Shown one piece after another: positions 10,591 through 20,312 of a DNA stretch of 32,000 nucleotides (position 1 is the stretch's first letter; every line of letters starts with the position of its first letter). Origin of the DNA: Erysipelotrichaceae bacterium (GTDB lineage Bacteria > Bacillota_I > Bacilli_A > Erysipelotrichales > Erysipelotrichaceae); NCBI GenBank assembly GCA_963676105.1, contig OY781039.1, positions 1,931,220 through 1,963,219 on the forward strand. The letters are read 5' to 3'. The position numbers and the translations under genes are program-made. The notes under the pieces were generated by a model that was not told the DNA's origin, made no database searches, and saw only the letters and a program-made list of their open reading frames with translations.

Positions 10591-10610
10591 AATGTGATTT
10601 ATATCACATT
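10591..10610. promoter_or_regulatory. perfect inverted repeat TGTGA-N6-TCACA (Rex or Crp/Fnr-type operator candidate) upstream of pflB
   Basis: aaTGTGAtttataTCACAtt has 7-bp perfect arms. It is immediately followed by TATACAAT (10611-10618), a -10-like element, about 50 nt before the pflB start. Confidence 0.6.
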
Positions 10611-10659
10611 TATACAATGAAAAAGTATGTTAAATTTGTATTGGAAAAGAGGACTTGTT

Positions 10660-12885
10660 ATGAAAGATGCTTGGAAAAACTTTAAATCTGGAGCTTGGGA
10701 AAGTGAGATTAATGTTGAGGATTTTATTCAAACAAATTATACATACTATACAGGTGATGATTCATTTTTAGCGCCAATTACCGCAAAGACAAAAGCGGTT
10801 TGGGGACGTTGTGAAGAATTATTAGCTGAAGAGTTAAAACTAGGTGTTTTAGACATTGAAATGGATGCGATATCTGGTGTTAATAACTTCAAGCCTGGTT
10901 ATATATTAAGAGAATCTGAATCTATTGTTGGTTTACAAACAGATGCACCATTAAAGCGTATTATTAATCCTTATGGTGGTATTCGTTTGGCGGCTAAAAT
11001 TCTAAAAGTTTATGGTCGAGAAATGAAACCCGAATTTATGACATTCTTTGATGAATATGGAAAAACACATAATCAAGGTGTCTTTGATGCTTATACAGAT
11101 GATATGCGTAAAGCTCGTCATACAGGTTTATTAACGGGTTTACCAGATGCTTATGGACGTGGACGTATCATTGGTGATTATCGTCGTGTTGCCTTATATG
11201 GTATTGATGCCTTAATCGAAGATAAGAAACAAGATTTAAACTTCATCAAAGATATTAATGCTGAAAGCATTCAACTTCGTGAAGAAGTGAGTGATCAAAT
11301 CAAAGCATTAGGCGATATTAAAAAAATGGCCGCAACTTATGGCTTAGATATTTCTGAACCTGCCAAAACAGCTCAAGAAGCAGTTCAATGGTTATACTTT
11401 GCTTACTTAGCAGGTGTCAAAGAAAATAATGGTGCTGCAATGTCATTAGGACGTACATCAACTTTCTTAGATATCTATATTCAAAGAGATTTAGAAAATG
11501 GAAAGATTACTGAAGATCTTGCTCAAGAATACATAGACCAATTCATTATTAAATTACGTTTAGTACGTCATTTAAGATCACCTGAATATGATGAGTTATT
11601 TGCGGGAGATCCAACCTGGGTTACTGAATCTATTGGCGGTATGTCACGTAATAAAACACCTCTAATTACAAAAAATTCTTTTAGATACTTACACTCACTC
11701 ACAAACTTAGGGCCAGCACCTGAGCCTAATATGACAGTTTTATGGTCCGAAAGTTTACCTGAAAACTTTAAGAAATATGCCGCTAAAATGTCAATTGAGA
11801 CAGGTGCAATTCAGTATGAAAATGATGACTTAATGTCACCAATTTATAATAGTGATTATGCCATTGCATGTTGTGTATCTGCGATGGGTATTGGTAAGCA
11901 AATGCAATACTTTGGCGCAAGAACTAATATGGCGAAAGCGTTACTCTATTCGATTAATGGTGGATTAGATGAGGTCTATAACGAAAAAGTTGTAGATGGT
12001 ATCGAAATGATGAATGATGAAGTTTTAGACTATGACAAAGTCATGGCTTCATATACTCAAATTTTAGAAAAAGTTGCGAAACTTTATGTTGATACGATGA
12101 ATATCATTCACTATATGCATGACAAGTATGCGTATGAAAAATCTCAAATGGCTCTACATGATACATATGTTGAACGTATGATGGCATTTGGTGTTGCGGG
12201 CTTATCTGTCGTTGCGGACTCTTTATCAGCTATTAAATATGCTAAAGTAAAACCAATTCGTAATGAATTTGGAGTTGCGACTGATTTTGAAATTGAAGGA
12301 ACATTCCCTAAGTTTGGTAATGATGATGATCGTGTCGATGATATCGCGGTAGAAGTTGTCACGATGTTTTCCAACATGTTAAAGAAACATCCTTTAATTC
12401 GTAACGCAAAACATACGCTATCTATCTTAACCATTACGTCAAATGTGGTCTATGGTTTGAAAACAGGCTCAACACCAGATGGACGTAAAAAAGGTGAACC
12501 ATTTGCGCCTGGCGCAAACCCAATGCACGGACGTGATATTGATGGCGCTATCGCATCATTAAACTCTGTCGCAAAAATCCCTTATGAAGATATTTGCCAA
12601 GATGGTGTTTCAAATACATTCTCAATTATGCCTGAAGCTTTAGGTAAAACTAAAGGTGAACAAGTTGATAATACGGTTTCAATTTTAGATGGTTACTTTA
12701 AATCAAATGCACACCACTTAAATGTTAATGTCTACTCTCGTGAAGTCTTAATGAAAGCGATGGAACATCCTGAACTTTATCCGAATTTAACGATTCGTGT
12801 TTCAGGGTATGCGGTTCATTTCCACCGTCTTACAAAGGCTCAACAACTCGAAGTGCTTAATCGTACTTTTCATGAGTCTATCTAA
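10660..12885 (+). CDS. pflB: pyruvate formate-lyase (formate C-acetyltransferase)
   Basis: Contains the glycyl-radical motif RVSGYAVHF near the C-terminus and the active-site Cys-Cys pair (IACCVSAMG). I moved the start from the track's 10627 to the ATG at 10660 (MKDAWKNF...), which follows AAGAGGA. Confidence 0.96.
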   Translation: MKDAWKNFKSGAWESEINVEDFIQTNYTYYTGDDSFLAPITAKTKAVWGRCEELLAEELKLGVLDIEMDAISGVNNFKPGYILRESESIVGLQTDAPLKRIINPYGGIRLAAKILKVYGREMKPEFMTFFDEYGKTHNQGVFDAYTDDMRKARHTGLLTGLPDAYGRGRIIGDYRRVALYGIDALIEDKKQDLNFIKDINAESIQLREEVSDQIKALGDIKKMAATYGLDISEPAKTAQEAVQWLYFAYLAGVKENNGAAMSLGRTSTFLDIYIQRDLENGKITEDLAQEYIDQFIIKLRLVRHLRSPEYDELFAGDPTWVTESIGGMSRNKTPLITKNSFRYLHSLTNLGPAPEPNMTVLWSESLPENFKKYAAKMSIETGAIQYENDDLMSPIYNSDYAIACCVSAMGIGKQMQYFGARTNMAKALLYSINGGLDEVYNEKVVDGIEMMNDEVLDYDKVMASYTQILEKVAKLYVDTMNIIHYMHDKYAYEKSQMALHDTYVERMMAFGVAGLSVVADSLSAIKYAKVKPIRNEFGVATDFEIEGTFPKFGNDDDRVDDIAVEVVTMFSNMLKKHPLIRNAKHTLSILTITSNVVYGLKTGSTPDGRKKGEPFAPGANPMHGRDIDGAIASLNSVAKIPYEDICQDGVSNTFSIMPEALGKTKGEQVDNTVSILDGYFKSNAHHLNVNVYSREVLMKAMEHPELYPNLTIRVSGYAVHFHRLTKAQQLEVLNRTFHESI

Positions 12886-13618
12886 TACAGCTTATATACA
12901 AAAAATTGAAAAGCTAGGAACCTTTGATGGACCGGGTATCCGAACAGTATTCTTCCTTTCAGGCTGTCCTTTAAGATGTCTTTATTGTCATAATCCAGAA
13001 ACTTGGAAAGCCAATCAAGGACAAACAATTTCAGTTGAAGAAGTTTTGAGGATTGCTAGACGAAACAAGAATTACTATGGGCTCAAGGGTGGTATTACTT
13101 TAAGTGGTGGTGAACCCTTAATGCAGGCAGACTTTGTATTACAATGTTTCAAAGCATTAAAGGCTGAAGGTTTCCATACTGTTTTAGATACCTCCGGGCA
13201 TAGTTCGAGTCCGTTAATTGATTTAATCTTAGATTATACAGATCTCGTTTTATATGATTTAAAAGCTGCAGACAAGGACATGTATCATTCGATTACTTTA
13301 GGTCAAAAAGATATTACTGATGCTTTTTTGAAAAAGACTCAAGACCATGACTGTAAATTATGGATACGACAGGTATTAGTACCAGGTATTAATGATAATG
13401 TTGTTAATCTAGAACAAAGCGCACAAGTCATTGCCAAGTTAAATAATGTCGAAAGAATCGAAGTCTTGCCTTATCATACTTTAGGCTTAGCTAAATATGA
13501 AAAGATGAATATTGAATATCCGTTAAAAGGATTAAAACCAATGGACATGATACAAGCAGAAGAATTTCAAACAAAACTTAATGTTCGCATCGCACAGTTA
13601 AAAAAAGCTCACCAGTAA
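12872..13618 (+). CDS. pflA: pyruvate formate-lyase activating enzyme (radical SAM)
   Basis: [30 protein letters not shown] contains the CxxxCxxC cluster. I chose the start at ATG 12872 ([10 protein letters not shown]...), which overlaps the pflB 3' end by 14 nt. The track's 12797 start would lie deep inside pflB. Confidence 0.9.
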   Translation: MSLSNTAYIQKIEKLGTFDGPGIRTVFFLSGCPLRCLYCHNPETWKANQGQTISVEEVLRIARRNKNYYGLKGGITLSGGEPLMQADFVLQCFKALKAEGFHTVLDTSGHSSSPLIDLILDYTDLVLYDLKAADKDMYHSITLGQKDITDAFLKKTQDHDCKLWIRQVLVPGINDNVVNLEQSAQVIAKLNNVERIEVLPYHTLGLAKYEKMNIEYPLKGLKPMDMIQAEEFQTKLNVRIAQLKKAHQ

Positions 13619-13632
13619 TGGTGGGCTTTCTT
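13601..13632. terminator. bidirectional rho-independent terminator between convergent pflA and azlD
   Basis: The stem gctcacca/tggtgggc (13607-13614 / 13619-13626) has loop gtaa. It is flanked by an A-run on the left and ttt on the right. Confidence 0.65.
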
Positions 13633-13960
13633 ACGTAAAGATGAGATTTACTAAAATAAGATAAATGACTAATCCAATAAAGATACTAACAAGCGTGTTT
13701 TTCTTCCAAAGGTGAATAAAGGTAATCGAAACAAGGGATATTAACTCGGGTATGCCATAAGGATAAACCATCGGAGATATACCTTTTAAAGCATAGACCA
13801 CTAACATACCTAAAGAAGCGAGTGGCAAAGTATCACCTAATTTCCTTAACCAATGTGGAATGGGTTTATTTTCTGGAAAGAATAAGAAGGGGGTAAAACG
13901 GGTTAAGATGGTTCCGCCTGCCAAAGCAAAGACCATTAGCCATCTTTGTAGATCAGTCAT
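13631..13960 (-). CDS. azlD: AzlD-family branched-chain amino acid transport protein
   Basis: 109 aa, 4 TM, with ...GGTILTRFTPFLFF... typical of AzlD. It overlaps azlC by 8 nt. Confidence 0.8.
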   Translation of the reverse strand: MTDLQRWLMVFALAGGTILTRFTPFLFFPENKPIPHWLRKLGDTLPLASLGMLVVYALKGISPMVYPYGIPELISLVSITFIHLWKKNTLVSIFIGLVIYLILVNLIFT

Positions 13961-14630
13961 GTTTTGGTTCCTTCTTAAATAAGATTCCGACTAAGATTAA
14001 AACCATACTTCCCAATAAGAAGTTAGAAGAACCTAATATGAGAAGAGAAATAAAGGTTGCGAGTACGCCTATAATCAAGAAAGGTCTATTTTCTTGCTGT
14101 TCCCATTGATTTAAAAAGAGAATATAAAACAAAGCGGTTAAAACAAAATCAAAACCTTGAATGGATGATGGGACAAGTTGACCTAAGAAATAACCCAATA
14201 AACTAAAACTATTCCAATAGATATAACAAACAATCCCAATCCAAAAATAAAACCATGATGAATCAGTGTCTTCAGGGATATCAACCGCTGCTTGAACCGA
14301 AAAGGCTTCATCAGCCAATGTGTAAATCGCAAAGAATTTCTTAATTCCCATATTTCGATATTTAGACAACATAGAGATGCCGTAAAATACATGACGGATA
14401 TTTACGAGGACTGCAAGTGTAAAGGCCGCAATTGGGTTAAAAACACCAATTAATAAGGGAATAGCCGCAAATTGTAGAGCACCTGCAAATACAATCCCGC
14501 TCATCGCCATGACCCAATAGAATGAAAGACCACTACGATTCATGAGCAAGCCATAAGCTAAACCTAAAAAGGCATAACCTGTCAAAATAGGTAAAGTATG
14601 AGGGAGTGCTTTTTTAAGACTTTGGTGCAT
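13953..14630 (-). CDS. azlC: AzlC-family branched-chain amino acid permease component
   Basis: 225 aa, multi-TM, with ...LPILTGYAFLGLAYGLL...MSGIVFAGALQFAAIPLL... typical of AzlC. Confidence 0.85.
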   Translation of the reverse strand: MHQSLKKALPHTLPILTGYAFLGLAYGLLMNRSGLSFYWVMAMSGIVFAGALQFAAIPLLIGVFNPIAAFTLAVLVNIRHVFYGISMLSKYRNMGIKKFFAIYTLADEAFSVQAAVDIPEDTDSSWFYFWIGIVCYIYWNSFSLLGYFLGQLVPSSIQGFDFVLTALFYILFLNQWEQQENRPFLIIGVLATFISLLILGSSNFLLGSMVLILVGILFKKEPKHD

Positions 14631-15432
14631 AAAGAGAACTCAATTCATCTTGAATTTCAGCTGCACGATTTTGCGTCGCTTCAAAGGTATCTAATATTAA
14701 TTGGTCAATGCTTTGATCTAAGATAGCCAAACCTTCAACTGTTGTACCATTTTTAGAGCTAACATTTTTAATTAATAGATCTAAATCAATATCATTGGCT
14801 TTTGCCATTTCAGCTGCCGCTACAAATGTCTGTGCAACTAAAGCTTTCGCATCAAGTTCCTCAATACCATTATCCATAGATGCTTTGACAAAAGCTGCCA
14901 TTAAACGATATACAAAAGCGATGCCAGATCCACTATTAGATACAAAGACATTCATATCACTTTCTTGGATTGGCGTTAATAAGGCAACCGATTCAAAGGT
15001 TGAGTGAATTTTTTGAAGATCACTGGTATTAATCTTTTGATTACAACATAAAGCGATACTACCTTTTTTAATGGATACCGCTGTCGTAGGCATCATGCGA
15101 ATAAGTTTATGATTGCGTCCTAACCAAGATTCTAAAAGTTCTAAACTAATACCTACCGCAATTGAAATAACGAAGGCATCTTCAGGGACATAATCTTTAA
15201 TTTCTAAACAGACATCGTGAAGTTGTTGAGGTTTCACAGCTAAAACAACTATATCTGCATTTTTAACACAGTTAACATTGTTTCTTTCCGCAACAAAATG
15301 ATAATCTTCGCGTAATTTATCTAATGATTCACTACGTCTTGATGATACATGGTGAACAAGATCATATTTACCTTTAAAACCTTCTAGAAAGGCTTTTGTC
15401 ATATTGCCTGCACCAATCCATGAAATTTGCAT
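14614..15432 (-). CDS. proC: pyrroline-5-carboxylate reductase
   Basis: 272 aa with an N-terminal Rossmann motif (ISWIGAGNMTKAF), ...VVLAVKPQQ..., and C-terminal ...SKNGTTVEGL... GGAGG lies upstream of the ATG. Its 3' end overlaps azlC by 17 nt. Confidence 0.9.
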   Translation of the reverse strand: MQISWIGAGNMTKAFLEGFKGKYDLVHHVSSRRSESLDKLREDYHFVAERNNVNCVKNADIVVLAVKPQQLHDVCLEIKDYVPEDAFVISIAVGISLELLESWLGRNHKLIRMMPTTAVSIKKGSIALCCNQKINTSDLQKIHSTFESVALLTPIQESDMNVFVSNSGSGIAFVYRLMAAFVKASMDNGIEELDAKALVAQTFVAAAEMAKANDIDLDLLIKNVSSKNGTTVEGLAILDQSIDQLILDTFEATQNRAAEIQDELSSLYAPKS

Positions 15433-15529
15433 AATGTGAACCTCCGTAAATGTAAATATAATTTATCATATCTTAGGTCTTTAGTCATTTCACTTGAATA
15501 TGCATGTTTCAATCCCTTAATTTAAAGAT

Positions 15530-15937
15530 ATGAACAATACGATAGAATTTACACTCTCAACCCCAACACTTTTATTTTCAGCAATATCACTTTTAATGTT
15601 GGCTTATACCAATCGTTTTGTGGTCATTGCGAATTTAATACGCGAACTCTATGATCGCTATGAAAAAGAACCAAGTGATATCATATCAAATCAATTAATT
15701 AATCTTAGAAAACGGATGAAAATTATCAGGAATATGCAAGTTTTTGGTGGCTTTAGCTTTTTCTTTTCAGTGCTTAGTTTATTATTGATTTTAATACAAT
15801 TGATTGGACTTGCTGAAATAAGTTTTGCGATTAGTGTATTATTCTTGTTGATCTCATTAGCCCTACTCATTATTGAACTGAACATTTCAGTCAATGCCTT
15901 AAATATTCAATTAAAAGATTTCAAAGAAAAAGACTGA
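15530..15937 (+). CDS. DUF2721-like membrane protein
   Basis: 135 aa. ...PTLLFSAISLLMLAYTNRF...ANLIRELY... followed by two C-terminal TM helices matches the DUF2721 pattern from memory. No obvious SD. Confidence 0.65.
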   Translation: MNNTIEFTLSTPTLLFSAISLLMLAYTNRFVVIANLIRELYDRYEKEPSDIISNQLINLRKRMKIIRNMQVFGGFSFFFSVLSLLLILIQLIGLAEISFAISVLFLLISLALLIIELNISVNALNIQLKDFKEKD

Positions 15938-15957
15938 TCGCTCAGTCTTTTGTGTTT
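15929..15957. terminator. bidirectional terminator between convergent DUF2721 and DUF3048 genes
   Basis: The stem aaagactga/tcagtcttt has loop tcgc and is followed by tgtgttt. The DUF2721 TGA stop lies inside the left arm. Confidence 0.7.
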
Positions 15958-16999
15958 ATTCCCAGTTGATATAGTCAGCATCTGTTTCAACAACTTGAAT
16001 CCAAGTGTTTCCTGGTTGCATCACGAGTTCAGTACCATCATCTAACCACCAGTGTGTAGTATCGTCTTCAAAGTCTTTTGTCCATGTACCGGACATATGT
16101 TTTCCATCAATAAAGAAATCGGCTTTTCCAGCGTATTTAAATTCTACAAGGACATAAACTTTAATTTGAGAATGTTCTGCATATTGAACGATGATATTCG
16201 TTGCACTGATTTGTTTGTCATACAGTGCGTCAATATGTTCTTTACCTTCAATAAAACGTAGATATTGCCCAGTACTTTCATCAAATTCATAAGTGACTAA
16301 ATTTGGTGTTTCTGTTGGATAGTCAATATTGATTGTTGTTGCTGATTCAGTACTTGTACTATACGCTTCCTCATCCCATGCAAAGTGTTCAGGTGGCCAC
16401 ATATCAATATCTTCTAAATCTTGAAATGCTTCTGCTAATGAAATATAAGCATTATGAGGTGATGGTTTATCAGTTGTTCTAAAGAAGTATTCATCATTAA
16501 TCCCAGCCACCGCATCATAACGATAAGGAACAAATAATTCTTGGAGTTGAGCTAGTGCATTAACTTCATCAGGATTGGCTGTTCCATCTTGACCCACTGG
16601 CCCAGCACCTCCGTAATGAACTAATGCGGTTCGCCATTCATTGTAGATTCGTACAAATGGAACACGAATAGATCTAAGTGGTCCAACTTTTTCTGGGATT
16701 TCACCTTCGAAAATAGCCATAAACCGAGTTTCATAGTATTCATCTTTGATAACTTCATAGACAATATCTGCTTCACTAATACCGTATTGAGGTCTCGCAA
16801 CAGCAGAATTATTGATCATAACAGCCACCGCTTTATACTTAATTTTTTCATTTTCATCTAAAGCAGAACCATCGAAGATATTTCGACTTATTTCAATCTC
16901 AGGCTCAGGCTCTGGCTCTTCCACAACTTCTGGTTCTGCTTCACTACAAGCCACAAGTGTGAATGCAATTAAACTAATTAAAAATAATTTTTTAAACAT
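15956..16999 (-). CDS. DUF3048-family lipoprotein (YerB-like)
   Basis: Signal peptide with lipobox (LIAFTLVAC|S), a Glu/Pro-rich linker, then ...AVMINNSAVARPQYGISEADIVYEV...TRFMAIF... as in DUF3048 proteins. Confidence 0.75.
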   Translation of the reverse strand: MFKKLFLISLIAFTLVACSEAEPEVVEEPEPEPEIEISRNIFDGSALDENEKIKYKAVAVMINNSAVARPQYGISEADIVYEVIKDEYYETRFMAIFEGEIPEKVGPLRSIRVPFVRIYNEWRTALVHYGGAGPVGQDGTANPDEVNALAQLQELFVPYRYDAVAGINDEYFFRTTDKPSPHNAYISLAEAFQDLEDIDMWPPEHFAWDEEAYSTSTESATTINIDYPTETPNLVTYEFDESTGQYLRFIEGKEHIDALYDKQISATNIIVQYAEHSQIKVYVLVEFKYAGKADFFIDGKHMSGTWTKDFEDDTTHWWLDDGTELVMQPGNTWIQVVETDADYINWE

Positions 17000-17109
17000 A
17001 GATTATCCCCTTATTCTTAAGTTCTATTATAAACACAAAAAGACAACAATAACTAAAAAGCATCGTTTTGATAGTGATATAATGTTTCATATTAGAAAAG
17101 GTGTTTAAT

Positions 17110-18012
17110 ATGGCTAAAAACAAGACATTATTAACAGCGCTCGCTTTTTTTTCGGTTTATCTTTTTTGGGGTGGAACTTATATTGGAATGAAGTTTGCTT
17201 TAGAATCATTTCCACCTTTTTTTATGGCGGGAGTCAGACACTTTAGTGCAGGATTAATTCTACTTACTTATGCTTTAATTAAAGGTGAAGAAAAACCTAG
17301 TTTAAAACAATGGGGACATGGTGCGGTTGTAGGTGTTGTCATGTTGATGTTTGGTAATGGTTTAGTCGCATATGCTGAACAAGTTATTCCATCTTCAATT
17401 GCGTCACTTGTGATAACCACAACACCTTTTTGGATCTTACTTTTAAACTGGAAGTTTGGAGATCGTTCAAAACCTAAGCGCATAGAAATTATCACTTTAC
17501 TGATTGCCTTTATAGGTATCCTTTTACTTATTTTCCAAGGCGAAAGTTTAAACGTTGAATCACTAGATAGTATTGGCATGATGATTATTGCGTTTGCGGC
17601 ATTTTGTTGGTCAGCAGGATCACTCTATTCACGCTATAAACCGGTTCCTAAATCATCTTATTTCAATATTGCTTCACAAACCATTAGTGGAGGCATCATA
17701 CTATTAATCTTTTCATTTTCAATTCAAGAAGCTCAAACTTTTGATATCCATAGCATTACAAATAATGCCATGATTGCGATGGTCTATTTAATTGTATTTG
17801 GTTCTATTATTGGCTATAGTTCTTATATCTGGTTAATGAAGAATGTAAGTCCAAGTTTAGCTAGTTCTAATGCCTTTATTAACCCAGTAGTAGCCTTAAT
17901 ATTAGGCTATCTTTTGGCAAATGAAGTATTAAGCACACAATCACTCTTTGCGGCATTTATTATTATTTCTGCCGTTACCATTTTAACTTTAAGCAAACGT
18001 AAAAAAGCATAG
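17110..18012 (+). CDS. EamA/DMT-superfamily transporter
   Basis: About 10 TM helices in two repeated halves typical of EamA. I prefer ATG 17110 (AAAGGTG 6 nt upstream) over the track's GTG at 17101. Confidence 0.85.
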   Translation: MAKNKTLLTALAFFSVYLFWGGTYIGMKFALESFPPFFMAGVRHFSAGLILLTYALIKGEEKPSLKQWGHGAVVGVVMLMFGNGLVAYAEQVIPSSIASLVITTTPFWILLLNWKFGDRSKPKRIEIITLLIAFIGILLLIFQGESLNVESLDSIGMMIIAFAAFCWSAGSLYSRYKPVPKSSYFNIASQTISGGIILLIFSFSIQEAQTFDIHSITNNAMIAMVYLIVFGSIIGYSSYIWLMKNVSPSLASSNAFINPVVALILGYLLANEVLSTQSLFAAFIIISAVTILTLSKRKKA

Positions 18013-18027
18013 AAGGAGATTACAAAA

Positions 18028-19521
18028 ATGAATAAAGAAGAAGCTTTAAAACAATACGAAGAAACACGTCAAAAAATTGCAGCATATCGATTAGCCTTGA
18101 ACACAACCGCTTGGGATAATGCGACTGTTGCGCCTAAAAAAGGAGCAGCCTATCGTAATCAAATGATGGCGATATTAGCGGGAGAACTTTTTAGTATTGA
18201 AACAGATAAAAGTTATTTGGATCTGATTGAATCACTCAGTCAAATGGATTTAGATGATGATTTTAAAAGAGAAATCAATCAAATCAAACTTGAACAAGAT
18301 AAATCTAAATATATCCCAAAAGAAGTCTATGTAGAATATTCGCAACTACTACATGATGGGGAAACTTTATGGGAAGAAGCTAAAGATAAAAAAGATTATG
18401 AATTGTTTAAACCAATCTTGAAACAACTCATTGAGATGACTAAAAAGGTTGTTTCATATCGAAAAGATGATCGCAGTGTTTATGATCAATTACTTGATGA
18501 TTTTGAACCTGACTTTAATGTTGAGAAATATGATGTTTTCTTTGAAAAAGTAAAAGCTGATTTAGTCCCTTTAATTCATCAAATCAATAATTTAAACACA
18601 CAGCGCTTTGCTTGGTTGGATGAAAAGGTATCGGTTGATGTACAAAGAAAATTAGTTAACAAACTTGCGGAGTTCTTAAACTTCTCAAAAGAAACAGGTT
18701 TAATCTCAGAAAGTGCGCATCCATTTAGTGAAGGATTTTCAGCTTATGATAATCGTGTAACTGTTAAATATCATGAAGACAACTTTACGTCTTCATTATT
18801 TGCATTAATTCATGAAGTGGGGCATGCGACTTATAATGGCCAAGTAGATGAAAAATATAATGGTCATCATGTGGCTAATTCTATGTCATTTGGGATGCAT
18901 GAATCTCAATCACGTTTATTTGAAAATATGTTAGGCAGATCAAAAGCCTTTTGGACAAGCTTATATCCATTCTTTAAAGAAGAAGTGTCATGTTTAAAAA
19001 ATGTAGGTTTGGAAGAATTTATATTTGGCGTTAATTTCGTAGAAAGTTCGCTTATACGTATTGAAGCAGATGAATTAACTTATCCACTACATATCTTAAT
19101 TCGTTATGAAATTGAAAAAGAACTCTTTAATGGCACATTAGAAGTTGAAGGCTTAGATAAAGTCTGGGCTGACAAATATGAAGCTTACTTAGGTATTCGA
19201 CCACAAAACGTAGCTGAAGGTGTACTACAAGATATTCATTGGTCAGGTGGTGCCTTTGGTTATTTCCCAACTTATGCACTTGGTTCAGCTTATTCTGCAC
19301 AATGGATGCATCAAATGCGAAAAGAATTAGAGGTAGATGCTTACCTAGAAAAAGGTAGTACCAGTGAAATCTTAGCTTGGCTAAAATCTAAGATTCATCA
19401 AACGGGTGGTCTATATAAGGCTGAAGAACTCTTATTAGAAGTTACAGGGGAAAGCTTTAATCCTCAATATTATGTAGATTATTTAGTCAATAAATTCAAA
19501 ACTCAATATAAACTAAAGTAA
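18028..19521 (+). CDS. M32-family (Taq-type) metallocarboxypeptidase
   Basis: Motifs HEVGH (HExxH), GMHESQSRLFEN and IHWSGGAFGYFPTYALG. GAAGGAGA lies upstream, 15 nt after the EamA stop. Confidence 0.9.
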   Translation: MNKEEALKQYEETRQKIAAYRLALNTTAWDNATVAPKKGAAYRNQMMAILAGELFSIETDKSYLDLIESLSQMDLDDDFKREINQIKLEQDKSKYIPKEVYVEYSQLLHDGETLWEEAKDKKDYELFKPILKQLIEMTKKVVSYRKDDRSVYDQLLDDFEPDFNVEKYDVFFEKVKADLVPLIHQINNLNTQRFAWLDEKVSVDVQRKLVNKLAEFLNFSKETGLISESAHPFSEGFSAYDNRVTVKYHEDNFTSSLFALIHEVGHATYNGQVDEKYNGHHVANSMSFGMHESQSRLFENMLGRSKAFWTSLYPFFKEEVSCLKNVGLEEFIFGVNFVESSLIRIEADELTYPLHILIRYEIEKELFNGTLEVEGLDKVWADKYEAYLGIRPQNVAEGVLQDIHWSGGAFGYFPTYALGSAYSAQWMHQMRKELEVDAYLEKGSTSEILAWLKSKIHQTGGLYKAEELLLEVTGESFNPQYYVDYLVNKFKTQYKLK

Positions 19522-19572
19522 GAATATCCTATTGAGTTAAAGAAAGTTATATATTCATTTGAATGTCTAAAG

Positions 19573-19606
19573 AGATAAGTGCATGTGGGCCTTATCTTTT
19601 TTCTTT
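19573..19606 (+). terminator. rho-independent terminator after the carboxypeptidase gene
   Basis: The 7-bp stem agataag/cttatct has an 11-nt loop and is followed by ttttttctttt. Confidence 0.55.
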
Positions 19607-19683
19607 TGTTTAAGATTAAGTCTAATGGTATAGATGTGGATATACGCAAATCTTAATTCTTGTAATGATATAAAAATCGATTT

Positions 19684-20268
19684 TTAATATTCTTGATAAG
19701 AATCTTTTTCATAAATAAGTTTAGCTTTAGATATAAAATAGTTTGAGTCGTCATAATCTAGATTTAATGTTTTAAATTTTTGAATCATCTCATCAATTGT
19801 TTTAAATTCATAATCATGTCTAGGTGACGTATTTTCCATTTCTATCATAAGGTGTTCATTATTGACCCATTGGCTTATTAGACTGAATTCACCATTATCA
19901 TAAACGGTACACTCATCATAAACACGAATGAAAACTTTATAGTTTAATGTTTCAAAAGCTCTAATGACATACTCAGGATCATGGACTTCATAGTTTATAT
20001 CCATTTGGTCAAGGATATCACCATTGTTTGCATAGTCTTTTTGTTTATATACAATTTTGTAGTTGTCATTGTTTTTACGTAAAATAAGACATCTTTTCAA
20101 GACATTGTGGAATTTTAAGATTTGTGGATTTGTTGATTGGGGAATGAGATAGATATCATCTAAAACAAAATACGCAACTTGTTTGAAACCTTGTTTCTTT
20201 AAATCGTTATCAAGTTCTTCCATACTAGAATTTATTAATACAGTTATTTCATTTTTCATATTCAGCAT
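19684..20268 (-). CDS. CYTH-like (triphosphate tunnel / class IV cyclase fold) protein, tentative
   Basis: 194 aa. The secondary-structure-like pattern parallels CyaB/CYTH proteins (EITVLI...DDIYL...LILRKN...INYEVHD...ECTVYDNGEFSLISQWV...MIEMEN). The N-terminal ExExK signature reads E-I-T-V-L instead. No SD precedes either ATG (20268 or 20259). Confidence 0.4.
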   Translation of the reverse strand: MLNMKNEITVLINSSMEELDNDLKKQGFKQVAYFVLDDIYLIPQSTNPQILKFHNVLKRCLILRKNNDNYKIVYKQKDYANNGDILDQMDINYEVHDPEYVIRAFETLNYKVFIRVYDECTVYDNGEFSLISQWVNNEHLMIEMENTSPRHDYEFKTIDEMIQKFKTLNLDYDDSNYFISKAKLIYEKDSYQEY

Positions 20269-20275
20269 TTATAGT

Positions 20276-20312
20276 ATAAAACAAAAAGAATGAAACATAA
20301 GGTTCCATTCTT
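20276..20312 (-). terminator. rho-independent terminator directly after the GGDEF/HD-GYP gene
   Basis: On the minus strand: aagaatggaac-cttat-gtttcattctt (10 bp, one mismatch) followed by tttttgtttt. The hairpin starts at the stop codon. Confidence 0.7.

Noticed and set aside
10627-12871. Longer track starts for pflB (10627) and pflA (12797), and also 17101 (GTG), 28085, 28429 (GTG), 8283 and 31704 (TTG).
   Set aside because: The internal ATGs have proper SD spacing or stop-start coupling and give N-termini matching the families. The longer forms add implausible residues or overlap the upstream gene extensively. 31704 is an internal Leu codon of an ORF that continues to the window edge.
16812-17108. 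98-aa plus-strand ORF spanning the DUF3048 5' end and the intergenic region.
   Set aside because: It is antisense to the lipoprotein signal peptide and EP-rich linker. It has a Ser/Gly low-complexity shadow and no SD. The region is better explained as a divergent promoter region.
19672-19685. Palindrome aaaaatcgattttt at the end of the CYTH-like gene as a terminator.
   Set aside because: It is a perfect palindrome with no loop and is all A/T except the central CG. It cannot form a stable hairpin and overlaps the stop codon.
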